From the NCBI GenBank assembly GCA_025457885.1, contig JALOTN010000004.1:10875-74874 (forward strand): 64,000 bases of DNA, written 5' to 3'. The notes beneath the pieces were generated by a model. The model was not told the DNA's origin. It saw only the letters and a list, made by a program, of their open reading frames with translations, and made no database searches. Position numbers and translations under genes: made by a program. Source of the stretch: Thermoplasmatota archaeon. GTDB lineage: Archaea > Thermoplasmatota > E2 > DHVEG-1. Below are positions 19,258 through 27,841 of the stretch, one piece after another (the stretch's first letter is position 1; each line of letters opens with the position of its first letter).

Positions 19258-19611
19258 TTATTTTAAAAACTCCATCAGATTTGTTTCCCCTATCCTTACC
19301 TGAGGGAACCTACCGATGAGCTGCTTTGCTATTTCTGATAAAATACTTTTCACACCTGCTGTCTTTTCAACATCACTGCCAGGATAGATCCTGATAACAA
19401 ACCCATCATCCCGCTGACCAATCAACGTAAAAAAACTCCTTTTTTTTCCCTCTTCAATCGCGAGACTCTCGATAAGGATACTAGATTTATCTCGACTTAT
19501 ATACATCGCATCTGTCTTTAAAATCCCCCCTTGATTCCGGATTAAAACCGGTTCTAATAAAGGAAAGATATCATCCACATGGATAGCACCAGTAAGAACA
19601 ACATGAGGCAT
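19258..19611 (-). CDS. Hypothetical protein
   Basis: 117-aa ORF with a good intergenic setting. No recognisable family. Confidence 0.3.
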   Translation of the reverse strand: MPHVVLTGAIHVDDIFPLLEPVLIRNQGGILKTDAMYISRDKSSILIESLAIEEGKKRSFFTLIGQRDDGFVIRIYPGSDVEKTAGVKSILSEIAKQLIGRFPQVRIGETNLMEFLK

Positions 19612-19751
19612 TTTTTCACACCAAGGAGCTGATATCCTCTCAGGTTCTTAATCTTTGAGTCCCCATTGCCTATGTCGCATCAGCGTAATCATCTACATCC
19701 GATATTCCCCATAGGTATATTTTAATAGCATTATCTCCTCATTATCAGTCG

Positions 19752-20447
19752 GTGAATCCTGCGAAAAAACCATCTGAGACGATGCCTCAACAGTTTCATT
19801 TTCATGATTTAGTAATCTCCTTACATCCTGAGGTCTATGATCCTGCAGAGGATTCCTTCCTCTTGCTTGAATCTCTCATGATTAGCCCAAAGGACACAAT
19901 TTTAGAGCTAGGCACTGGGTGTGGTCTGATCGCCTTAGCCTGTGCCTTTCAAGGAGCAACGGTGGTCTGTACAGATATCAATCCGTATGCCGTCCAACTT
20001 ACCCGTCAGAACATCGAAAAAAACAGCCATCTTCTCAAAGGAGTAATCACCGTTCGACAAGGAGATTTGTTTTCCATGGTGAAAAACTCGGAACGATTCA
20101 ACTTGATTCTGTTCAATCCTCCCTATCTTCCCACGAAAAAAAACGAAAGAACAGACACCTGGTTCAATGTTGCGACCGATGGAGGACCCACCGGTCTGCG
20201 GCTGACCAAACAATTCCTTCATGGCCTCCGTCAGCATCTTCAGCCAGATGGTGCTGGATATTTCATCTTCAGCTCCTTGTCGAACCGGATTCTTCTGGAG
20301 AAATACCTTAAAAAGGAACAGCTCTCCTCAACGATTCTTACCACAAAACGATATGACGGGGAGGACCTTGACGTCTACCGCGTCACTCCGACAGCTTCAA
20401 ATCAACAAAAAGAGTTACGTTCCCCAACTGAGGCACGCACCACATGA
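19752..20447 (+). CDS. HemK/Mtq2-type protein N5-glutamine methyltransferase-like class I SAM MTase
   Basis: 231 aa. EVYDPAEDSFLL, the SAM motif LELGTGCGLIALA, and the NPPY motif (ILFNPPYLP) are characteristic of the HemK/Mtq2 family. GTG start, with an alternative ATG at 19782. Confidence 0.7.
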   Translation: MNPAKKPSETMPQQFHFHDLVISLHPEVYDPAEDSFLLLESLMISPKDTILELGTGCGLIALACAFQGATVVCTDINPYAVQLTRQNIEKNSHLLKGVITVRQGDLFSMVKNSERFNLILFNPPYLPTKKNERTDTWFNVATDGGPTGLRLTKQFLHGLRQHLQPDGAGYFIFSSLSNRILLEKYLKKEQLSSTILTTKRYDGEDLDVYRVTPTASNQQKELRSPTEARTT

Positions 20448-21013
20448 CCGATGATCTTTACCCCTGGGGTGGTGAATTCACCACATGCTCACCACATGGT
20501 TGCGTCGCAGTCGTACTCCTCAATATCCAGTACACCCCACCAGAGAGCATCGCCATCTACGGACCTTTAAAAACAGAGAATATCGGCATTGAAAAAATCA
20601 TTGCAAACGTCATTTCAAATCCCTTTATTCGTTATTTAGTACTCTGTGGTGAGGACATCCGGGGACATCGCTCAGGCGCCTCCCTTGTCGCCTTGCATAA
20701 AAATGGGATTGATCAGAATCATCGTATCATTGATGCACTTGGTGCCATCCCTTACATCGAAAACCTCCACCAAGAAGCGATTAAAAGATTCCAGGATCAA
20801 TTAACCATCATCAATCTCCTTGGAGTGACACAAAAAGACCATATCGATGCCGTCATCACAGACTGCAACCAAAAGGCACCCCCCTCATTTGGTGCCCCCT
20901 ACATTGCGATACGCATCAAACCACAGGCGACGGTGACCCTCACAGACAATCGAGCGTTACATTCAAGGATTATTATTGATTATTTAGGGAACATCAAAAA
21001 AAGAGGTATGTGA
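20444..21013 (+). CDS. mtrA: Soluble MtrA-like corrinoid-binding protein (homolog of tetrahydromethanopterin S-methyltransferase subunit A, lacking the C-terminal TM anchor)
   Basis: 189 aa. PLKTENIGIEKIIANVISNPFIRYLVLCGEDIRGHRSG closely matches the MtrA cobamide-binding region, including the conserved His ligand. GAIPYIENLHQEAIKRFQDQ also matches. No C-terminal hydrophobic helix. Confidence 0.75.
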   Translation: MTDDLYPWGGEFTTCSPHGCVAVVLLNIQYTPPESIAIYGPLKTENIGIEKIIANVISNPFIRYLVLCGEDIRGHRSGASLVALHKNGIDQNHRIIDALGAIPYIENLHQEAIKRFQDQLTIINLLGVTQKDHIDAVITDCNQKAPPSFGAPYIAIRIKPQATVTLTDNRALHSRIIIDYLGNIKKRGM

Positions 21014-21916
21014 ATGTTTTCATTTACAAAAGAACAGAAAATCTTCGACATCTCCGGTGTAACCATCGGAGGCCAACCCGGGATGTACCCCACTGTCTTA
21101 TTTGGTGGGTTGTTCTTCAAAGGCGAACCGGATTTCGAGGATGCGAAACGACACCTGCAGGTCTTCTATGACCGCAGCAAACAAACCGGAGTCCCTGTCA
21201 TCCCTGATTTCTTCATCAGGAAAGTCGAGTATATCGACCCTATCCTCTCCTTCATTGAAAAGACAATCCCCCGGAAACACCCTTTCTCTGTTGACATCAT
21301 CGAACCATCTTTGAAGATACAGACCTTGGAACAGCTCGCACACAGAAAACTCCTGCCCCGAACAATCTATAACTCTCTACACATCGGGATGACCAGCGAG
21401 GAACATGAGGCATTACAGACACATCCACCAGAGGCAGCTATCCTCGTCGCATTTAATCCGAAAGACAAATCCCCTGATGGAAAAATCGAGGTTCTTGAGA
21501 ACGGGGCACATCTTATGGAACAAGGATTGTTGAAAACCGCTCAGGATATCGGTATTACGAAACTGCTGATTGACACTGCGGCACTTGCCCCTGGTGAGAA
21601 CAGCGGGGCTGCGATCGCTGCCATCCCCGTCATCAAGGAGGAATACGGTTTACCCACAGGGTGCGCTATCCATAATGTCGTTGAGAAATCCCGGTGGTTA
21701 AACGACTTCCCCTTCGCGAAAAAAACAGTCGACGTCAGCTCCAATACCACCATCCCGCTCTTCGGCGGGGATTACGCACTCTTCGGACCTATTGAAAACA
21801 CAGAACTCATTCTCCCGCTCATCGCCTGGCAAGACATCCTCATCTCCGAGTATACTGAGAATTATTTCGGAATCATCCCAACTGCTTCACATCCTCGGAG
21901 GAAACTACTCAAATGA
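21014..21916 (+). CDS. mtrH: MtrH-like methyl-pterin:corrinoid methyltransferase
   Basis: 300 aa. N-terminus MFSFTKEQKIFDISGVTIGGQPGMYPTVL is near-canonical for MtrH (MFxFDKEQxVFDIGGVKFGGQPGExPTVL). C-terminal YALFGPIEN matches too. Confidence 0.8.
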   Translation: MFSFTKEQKIFDISGVTIGGQPGMYPTVLFGGLFFKGEPDFEDAKRHLQVFYDRSKQTGVPVIPDFFIRKVEYIDPILSFIEKTIPRKHPFSVDIIEPSLKIQTLEQLAHRKLLPRTIYNSLHIGMTSEEHEALQTHPPEAAILVAFNPKDKSPDGKIEVLENGAHLMEQGLLKTAQDIGITKLLIDTAALAPGENSGAAIAAIPVIKEEYGLPTGCAIHNVVEKSRWLNDFPFAKKTVDVSSNTTIPLFGGDYALFGPIENTELILPLIAWQDILISEYTENYFGIIPTASHPRRKLLK

Positions 21917-22812
21917 GACAGAAGATACAGACCAGTGTCATCGGATCCTACCCGGTCTTCATCAACACCCAGGAGATCATGAACCTCTATTTTACTGAAC
22001 AACCAATACCCTGGGCTCCCTACATCCGCCAAGCAGTCCAGGACATGACCACCGCAGGCATCACCAACGTTTCTGATGGCCAGACCAGGGATCCCTTTAT
22101 CCAGTTATTCACCAGAAAAATGAAAGGATGCCGCGTCAGGCAACGACCTGAGATTATCGGAAAAGTACAATACCAAGACCCCATCACCGTTGATGATCAG
22201 ATCTATGCCAAACGACTCCTCCCTAGACATACCAAGCTTATCGGGGTCCTCACTGGTCCGTATACTCTTGCGAAATCCTCCGTTGACTCCTTCTATCATG
22301 ATGAAAAAGAACTTGCTTTTGATTTTGCAACCGCCCTTCGAAAAGAAGCAGAACATCTAGTAAAACATGTCGATTTCATCAGCATCGATGAACCGGTTTT
22401 CTCCAATGAACTCCCCGAGTACGCATCGGAGCTACTCCAAACCATCACTAAAGATCTCTCCTGCCAGACACGACTGCATGTCTGCGGCGATGTCTCCGGT
22501 ATCATCCCGCAACTCGTAGACATGCCAGTTGACATCCTTTCCCACGAGTTCAAAGCCTCACCACATCTCTTTGAGGGTTTCATCGAATACCCCTGCAAGA
22601 AACACATGTGTATCGGTGCAGTCCGCTCCGATGAGGTACGAGTGGAGTCCGTCGAGGAAATCGTCACCCATGTCAGAAAAGCTCTCAGTGTGTTTGATGG
22701 AAACATCTCTCAAATCTCCCCTGACTGCGGACAGCGGCTTCTCCCAAGAGAACATGCGTTTCAAAAACTGAAAAACCTTGCATTAGCAGGAGAGATACTC
22801 AATGGCGGATAA
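21913..22812 (+). CDS. metE: Core-MetE-like (cobalamin-independent methionine synthase catalytic-domain family) methylcorrinoid:homocysteine methyltransferase
   Basis: 299 aa. VIGSYP motif near the N-terminus. Meth_synt_2-like Zn-ligand region (HxCG: RLHVCGD, and a C-terminal CG). The size matches archaeal core-MetE. Overlaps mtrH by 4 bp. Confidence 0.6.
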   Translation: MRQKIQTSVIGSYPVFINTQEIMNLYFTEQPIPWAPYIRQAVQDMTTAGITNVSDGQTRDPFIQLFTRKMKGCRVRQRPEIIGKVQYQDPITVDDQIYAKRLLPRHTKLIGVLTGPYTLAKSSVDSFYHDEKELAFDFATALRKEAEHLVKHVDFISIDEPVFSNELPEYASELLQTITKDLSCQTRLHVCGDVSGIIPQLVDMPVDILSHEFKASPHLFEGFIEYPCKKHMCIGAVRSDEVRVESVEEIVTHVRKALSVFDGNISQISPDCGQRLLPREHAFQKLKNLALAGEILNGG

Positions 22813-23128
22813 AGAAATCCCATTAATTCAAGCAAAGAAAACCACGGAAAAAGATGTTCTCCTAGATCCCAACGGTTTTTTCGTCATCGAGGTCGACAGA
22901 AAAACCATCCGCGTGGAATACTACTCAAACGTGTACAAAAATAAACGAATCGTCTCAGGGATCCTCCAAAAAGTATTCACTGGAACCTCCGCTGATGCCT
23001 TATCTGACACCATCGCATCCCATGTTCCCCCTTTACGACCTGAACATTACCTATACCTTGGTCGTGAGCTACAGAAAGCACAACTCGCGTTCGAACACCA
23101 GAAAAAATACATCCAAGGTGGATGCTAA
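22802..23128 (+). CDS. Small conserved hypothetical protein in the methyltransferase operon
   Basis: 108 aa. Overlaps the metE-like stop by 11 bp on the same strand. No motif I can name. Confidence 0.35.
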   Translation: MADKEIPLIQAKKTTEKDVLLDPNGFFVIEVDRKTIRVEYYSNVYKNKRIVSGILQKVFTGTSADALSDTIASHVPPLRPEHYLYLGRELQKAQLAFEHQKKYIQGGC

Positions 23129-23349
23129 CCTCATATAAACCGTTCCTCGTACCGCATGAGATGTTTTTTCCTCTGAATCAACAATGTTTTTTTCTTCAAA
23201 GCAGCCATGTCCCGTTTATCGATTTTTGGTTTTGTATGAAAAAATTGCTTATCACGAGGCGGCTGATAATGCGATCTCATGGTGAACCATCCTCCATTAT
23301 ATCTTATAACAGCGTAGGTTTATATTAGTGTAACGACAAAAAAAAAAGA

Positions 23350-24132
23350 CTACGATTGTTTCTTCACCGATTCATTTCTGGTCACATGAAACTCTGTTTT
23401 CCCGTTACACCATTTTTTTGTGATATTACTCACCGTGATGGTCTCCCCAATACGACAGGGTTGGATATCCTTTACGTTCCGATCCCAAAGGATTAAATTT
23501 TTTTGTGTATTCTGCTGTTTCATCGTAATCGATGTCACAAAACCAACCTCTCCATCGTCCTTGAAGAACGCTTTTGTGGGTTCTTTCAAGAGTAGGACTC
23601 CAGTGATCTCCTCAGAATACTCCTTTGTTGGCTGCAAGGATGACACATCAGATGGTTCCACCTCTAAAAGCCCCCATCGACCAAGATGAATCTCCATCCC
23701 ACCCGTATACCCCGTCTTGGTGTATCCATTGATGATCTTCACACGTGTCCCTGGTTTGATTTCCTTGTTTTTTATCGAGTCAATATCCCCATTCCATAAA
23801 ACGAGTCGGCAGGAACCGGATTCATCTGCTATCTCGAGATTTACGACCTTTCCTGGGGAGCCGTTCTTTCTTTTAAATGACTTTGAGTCTGAGACGTTTT
23901 GGACTACCCCGGCCACGGTATACTCCCCGTTGGCGGTGAGGTCAGCGATTTTTATGATGCTTTGGGTGTTTCTCCCCAGTTGATCGACCAGGAGGAACGC
24001 AATGGTGTCCTTGTCTATCAGCTCATCATATTGTTTATATTGTTTGTTAATTTCTTTTTCAAATTCTTTTATCGGCTTGATGTCAGCGATGAGTTTGAGA
24101 AGCTCTATTTTTGTCTTATGCATCCGCAGCAT
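23350..24132 (-). CDS. OB-fold ssDNA-binding protein (RPA-like, two OB folds)
   Basis: 260 aa. Two repeats with the RPA-like OB-fold pattern (GKVVNLEIADESGSCRLVLWNGD; second unit ...ILWDRNVKDIQPCRIGETITVSN). Confidence 0.45.
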   Translation of the reverse strand: MLRMHKTKIELLKLIADIKPIKEFEKEINKQYKQYDELIDKDTIAFLLVDQLGRNTQSIIKIADLTANGEYTVAGVVQNVSDSKSFKRKNGSPGKVVNLEIADESGSCRLVLWNGDIDSIKNKEIKPGTRVKIINGYTKTGYTGGMEIHLGRWGLLEVEPSDVSSLQPTKEYSEEITGVLLLKEPTKAFFKDDGEVGFVTSITMKQQNTQKNLILWDRNVKDIQPCRIGETITVSNITKKWCNGKTEFHVTRNESVKKQS

Positions 24133-24564
24133 GTCACGGTATGCGGTCTTCTTTCTTATAGTCTGCTGTGTGAATAAAAAAAAAAATGGGGAAAGTGTGG
24201 TAGTTGGGATTGCACCACGGGATGATTCAGGTTACTGGAAGATGAACTCTTAGGTAGATCGAATTGATTTATGGTCGTTTTTCCAGGGGAGTGTGGTTTG
24301 TTTGTAATAGGGTTTTGTTTTTTTCTTCTCTGTCTTCTGATACCCGTATTTGTATTCCCCATTCCCTCCATAGCGCTTCTCGGTATAGTGCTTCATTTTT
24401 CTTCACCTCTCTTCCCGCCGCTTTTATGGCGGGACGCATGGTGGATTCTGTGCTTTTTCCTATTTAAAGCTGATCTGTGAAAATGTCAAAAAGGAAAAAA
24501 GAACCTTGGCATCAACAGAGGGAAATCATATATATAATATAGCTGATATAAAGTCGTTAGAGGG

Positions 24565-26352
24565 ATGATTTCCATGAAGAATAAGAAACTCGTTGGAGGA
24601 CTTTTTGTTGTGATTCTCGTAGCTGTTGTGGTGCTTTCTGGATGTGTGACTCCGAAACATACTATGGTTCCCATGAGGGATGGGGTCCAGCTTGCGACCG
24701 ATGTGTACGTTAAACAACCAAGTCAGCAGCATGGCGCAATCCTAGTAAGAACGCCCTATAACAAGAACGCCTTGGTCTTGATAGGGACGAACTGGGCGCA
24801 GAACGGCTGGCCGACGGTGATACAAGATAGCCGCGGCAGATTCGCCTCTGAGGGGATTGATACGGTGTTTAAAAATGATCAGACCGATGGTCCGGATACT
24901 CTTGCTTGGATGGCGCAACAACCCTGGTTCAATGGGAAGGTTGCAACCTTTGGCGGGTCTGCGCTTGGGATTACTCAATATCTCATGGCCGGGTCTAATC
25001 CACCTGAGCTTGCTTGTCAATATATCCAGGTCGCTACCCCTGATATGTACACCCATGCGATGTATCCTGGTGGGCAGTTCCGAAAGAACCTTGTCGAAGA
25101 ATGGTTGAAAGGTCAAGGAAGCACGTATATTCTTCCAGAATTGTGGGCTCATGAGAACTATACCATGGACTATTGGACAAATATCTCCTTACAGGATAAC
25201 TGGGGGCAGGTCAATGTACCCGCTATCCATATCGGTGGATGGTACGATATCTTCACCCAAGGGACCATTGACGGATTTCTTGGTTACCAACATCTGGGTG
25301 GACCTGGGGCGCAAGGAAAATCGAAATTGATCCTTGGTCCGTGGACCCATGGAGGCGCGGGGACTACCACACAAGGGGAACTGACCTATCCAGAGAATTC
25401 CCTTGATAACTTCTCCCAGGCGTTATTCTGGCAGATGGCTACCCAGTACACCATGGGCGGCTCCTCAGAGTATGACAGCTGGCCTGCGGTTACGTACTAT
25501 GTGATGGGGGATGTTACCGATCCTAATGCATCCGGTAATGAATGGCGGTTTGCGGATGACTGGCCGATCCCCTCCATTGAACGTGCCTGGTACCTACAGG
25601 GGGATGGCAGCCTTCAGGCTACACCTCCAACACAGGACCATCAGTTCAGCTACTCTTATGATCCCTCAAATCCTGTTCCCACCATTGGTGGACAAAACCT
25701 GAACATGGCCGCGGGTCCCTATGACCAACGATCAGTGGAAAACCGCTCCGATATGCTCCTCTTCACCAGCCCCGTCCTCGGTGCCCCCTATGAGGCGACC
25801 GGTCCGATCACTGCACAGTTGTTCGTCTCCTCGGACTGCCCGGATACTGATTTTACCGTAAAACTCACTGATGTATACCCTGATGGCCGCTCGATGTTGA
25901 TTACCGATGGGATCCTGCGGATGCGGAATCGAAACGGGTTCGACCATTGGGAGCTTATGGAGCCAGGCACCATCTACCAAATCGAGGTCGACCTCTGGAG
26001 CACCTCCTATGTCTGGAACACCGGTCATCAGATCCGTGTCGCGATCTCCTCATCAAACTACCCACGCTGTCTGAATAACCCGAATACCGCGGAGGGGATT
26101 TACCAAAATACCACTTCTAACATCGCCCAGAACCTCCTCTATGTTGATACCGTTCACCCCTCCTGTCTGCTCCTCCCAGAAATCCCACCCACTGCCTCCA
26201 GCGTCCAACAGAGATGGATTCCTTCGATGGTCTCACCTCTCAATATCGAGAATCATCATCAGATACGACTCCCGGAACGACTCAAACACCTCCTTGAACA
26301 ATCACCTCTCTTTCCCAAGCTCTCCGAGTATCGCTCCTTCCTCATCCAATAA
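24565..26352 (+). CDS. Secreted CocE/NonD-family (S15 X-Pro dipeptidyl-peptidase-like) hydrolase
   Basis: 595 aa. Signal peptide/lipobox-like LSGC, nucleophile elbow GGSALG, IHIGGWYDIF, and a C-terminal beta-sandwich domain typical of CocE/NonD. Confidence 0.65.
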   Translation: MISMKNKKLVGGLFVVILVAVVVLSGCVTPKHTMVPMRDGVQLATDVYVKQPSQQHGAILVRTPYNKNALVLIGTNWAQNGWPTVIQDSRGRFASEGIDTVFKNDQTDGPDTLAWMAQQPWFNGKVATFGGSALGITQYLMAGSNPPELACQYIQVATPDMYTHAMYPGGQFRKNLVEEWLKGQGSTYILPELWAHENYTMDYWTNISLQDNWGQVNVPAIHIGGWYDIFTQGTIDGFLGYQHLGGPGAQGKSKLILGPWTHGGAGTTTQGELTYPENSLDNFSQALFWQMATQYTMGGSSEYDSWPAVTYYVMGDVTDPNASGNEWRFADDWPIPSIERAWYLQGDGSLQATPPTQDHQFSYSYDPSNPVPTIGGQNLNMAAGPYDQRSVENRSDMLLFTSPVLGAPYEATGPITAQLFVSSDCPDTDFTVKLTDVYPDGRSMLITDGILRMRNRNGFDHWELMEPGTIYQIEVDLWSTSYVWNTGHQIRVAISSSNYPRCLNNPNTAEGIYQNTTSNIAQNLLYVDTVHPSCLLLPEIPPTASSVQQRWIPSMVSPLNIENHHQIRLPERLKHLLEQSPLFPKLSEYRSFLIQ

Positions 26353-26471
26353 CATCAACAGATACACACCCCTACCGACATCCAGAAACCCACTTCAGAA
26401 GCCTCCTTCAGAAACTATATATATTATATAAGACAACTTTTATATAAAAAACGCGGAGTTTCTGCATACAC

Positions 26472-27707
26472 ATGGTGACAAAAAAGAAAATCTTTGCAAT
26501 CGTACTTGTCGTACTCTTTCTCATCAACATCAGTGCTGCGGCACTCATCTTCATCGACATCCAAGTCCTAGCGTTCCCAAACACGACCCTCCGTGTCGAT
26601 ATCGTCGAGATAAACACCGATGAAATCATCATCCATCATGACATCCAACTGTACAACCCGAACTCTTTTGAGATGATCCTACAGGACTTTCATATTGTCG
26701 CTCGGACAACCGATGGCGAAGAAGTCACCAACATGACGATAGACGGAGGCTCCATCCCCGGACAGACCAACCAAAGCTACGCAGCTGACGACCGCATCAT
26801 CATGAAAGGAGACCTCTCCGACTTACTCAGCACCACCATCACCGGAATCGTAGGCTTCAACATCTTTGGCATCATCACCAAAACCATCCCCCTCGAGGTC
26901 ACCGTACTAACTTCACTAAAGGAAGCATTAAGCAAAATAGCAGTCCCAGACATCACAATTCGCGCGGAAATCGGAGAGATCACCAGATACGGAGTGAACC
27001 TCACCACCGAAGTCGAGGTACACAACCCAAACCCCTTCGACATGATGGTAAACAATTTCCAAGTCACCATCACCACAGAAAATGGAAGCAGCGTGGGTCA
27101 TTTTGATATCCCTGGATCAACCATCCCTGCAGAAAGCACCACGACAGCCACAGGAGCAGGATCAATCCTTCTGACCGCCCTCAACGCCAAAACACTCTAC
27201 ATCACCCTTACCGCAGATGCTGGAGCACACCTCGCAGGAATCAACAAAGCACTCCCGATCACTGCTCGGATTGAGATACTCATGCCAAACCTCGAGGAAC
27301 TCGTCCCACCCGACAAACCCCTGGAACTCTCCTTAGATATCGACTTATCCCGTGTTCGAGGTGGGTTGAAAGGAGATATGACTCTGGAAGTCATCAACCC
27401 AACAAAAATCCCCTTCATCGCCACCGATCTCGTCGTGAAGTACTATGGGGTGAAAAACCACCAAAAATACCTTGTGGCGGAAGGACCCTTTGGATTTGGT
27501 GAACTCGTCCCCGAAGCAACCACCTACTTCCATGGAGAAATGATACTGTACTATTCCAAACTTTTGAATTTCTCCGGGAAAGGTTTCTTCCCCGATATGG
27601 TCTTTGCCCAACTCTGGGCGAAGATATCACTCCCCGACGTCTCTATTTATATCCCTGTTGCGATTGGATCATATATCGATTTTCATCTCCTCAAACCTAA
27701 CCAATAA
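26472..27707 (+). CDS. Membrane-anchored protein with three LEA_2/WHy-like repeats
   Basis: 411 aa. N-terminal TM anchor. Three ~120-aa repeats each contain an NPN(S/P)F(E/D)M motif (LYNPNSFEM, HNPNPFDM) typical of LEA_2 domains. Confidence 0.5.
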   Translation: MVTKKKIFAIVLVVLFLINISAAALIFIDIQVLAFPNTTLRVDIVEINTDEIIIHHDIQLYNPNSFEMILQDFHIVARTTDGEEVTNMTIDGGSIPGQTNQSYAADDRIIMKGDLSDLLSTTITGIVGFNIFGIITKTIPLEVTVLTSLKEALSKIAVPDITIRAEIGEITRYGVNLTTEVEVHNPNPFDMMVNNFQVTITTENGSSVGHFDIPGSTIPAESTTTATGAGSILLTALNAKTLYITLTADAGAHLAGINKALPITARIEILMPNLEELVPPDKPLELSLDIDLSRVRGGLKGDMTLEVINPTKIPFIATDLVVKYYGVKNHQKYLVAEGPFGFGELVPEATTYFHGEMILYYSKLLNFSGKGFFPDMVFAQLWAKISLPDVSIYIPVAIGSYIDFHLLKPNQ

Positions 27708-27841
27708 CCATCAGATGAAAAAAACACGAGTTTAAAAATTTAAATAAATATAATCTATATAATTTTATATAAAAAAACATTCATAGAAAACTACAAATAT
27801 AACGACATAAATAGCACTATAAGATACGATGCGAGGGAGCC

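Noticed and set aside
20444-21916. Interpreting MtrA/MtrH homologs as evidence of methanogenesis
   Set aside because: Only the A and H subunits are present, the A subunit lacks its membrane anchor, and no mtrB-G, mcr or other methanogenesis genes occur in the window. Soluble MtrAH-like pairs are known from non-methanogenic archaea, so I interpret this as a methyl-transfer module, not an energy-conserving Mtr complex.
24133-24564. Small ORFs (24156-24371 minus, 24264-24480 plus) and a GC-rich hairpin (cccgccg-cttttat-ggcggg, ~24413-24433) in the intergenic region upstream of the CocE/NonD gene
   Set aside because: The ORFs have a low-complexity, strongly biased composition and no coding signals. 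The hairpin lacks a following T-run on either strand and sits in a promoter-side region. Not enough to call an sRNA or terminator.
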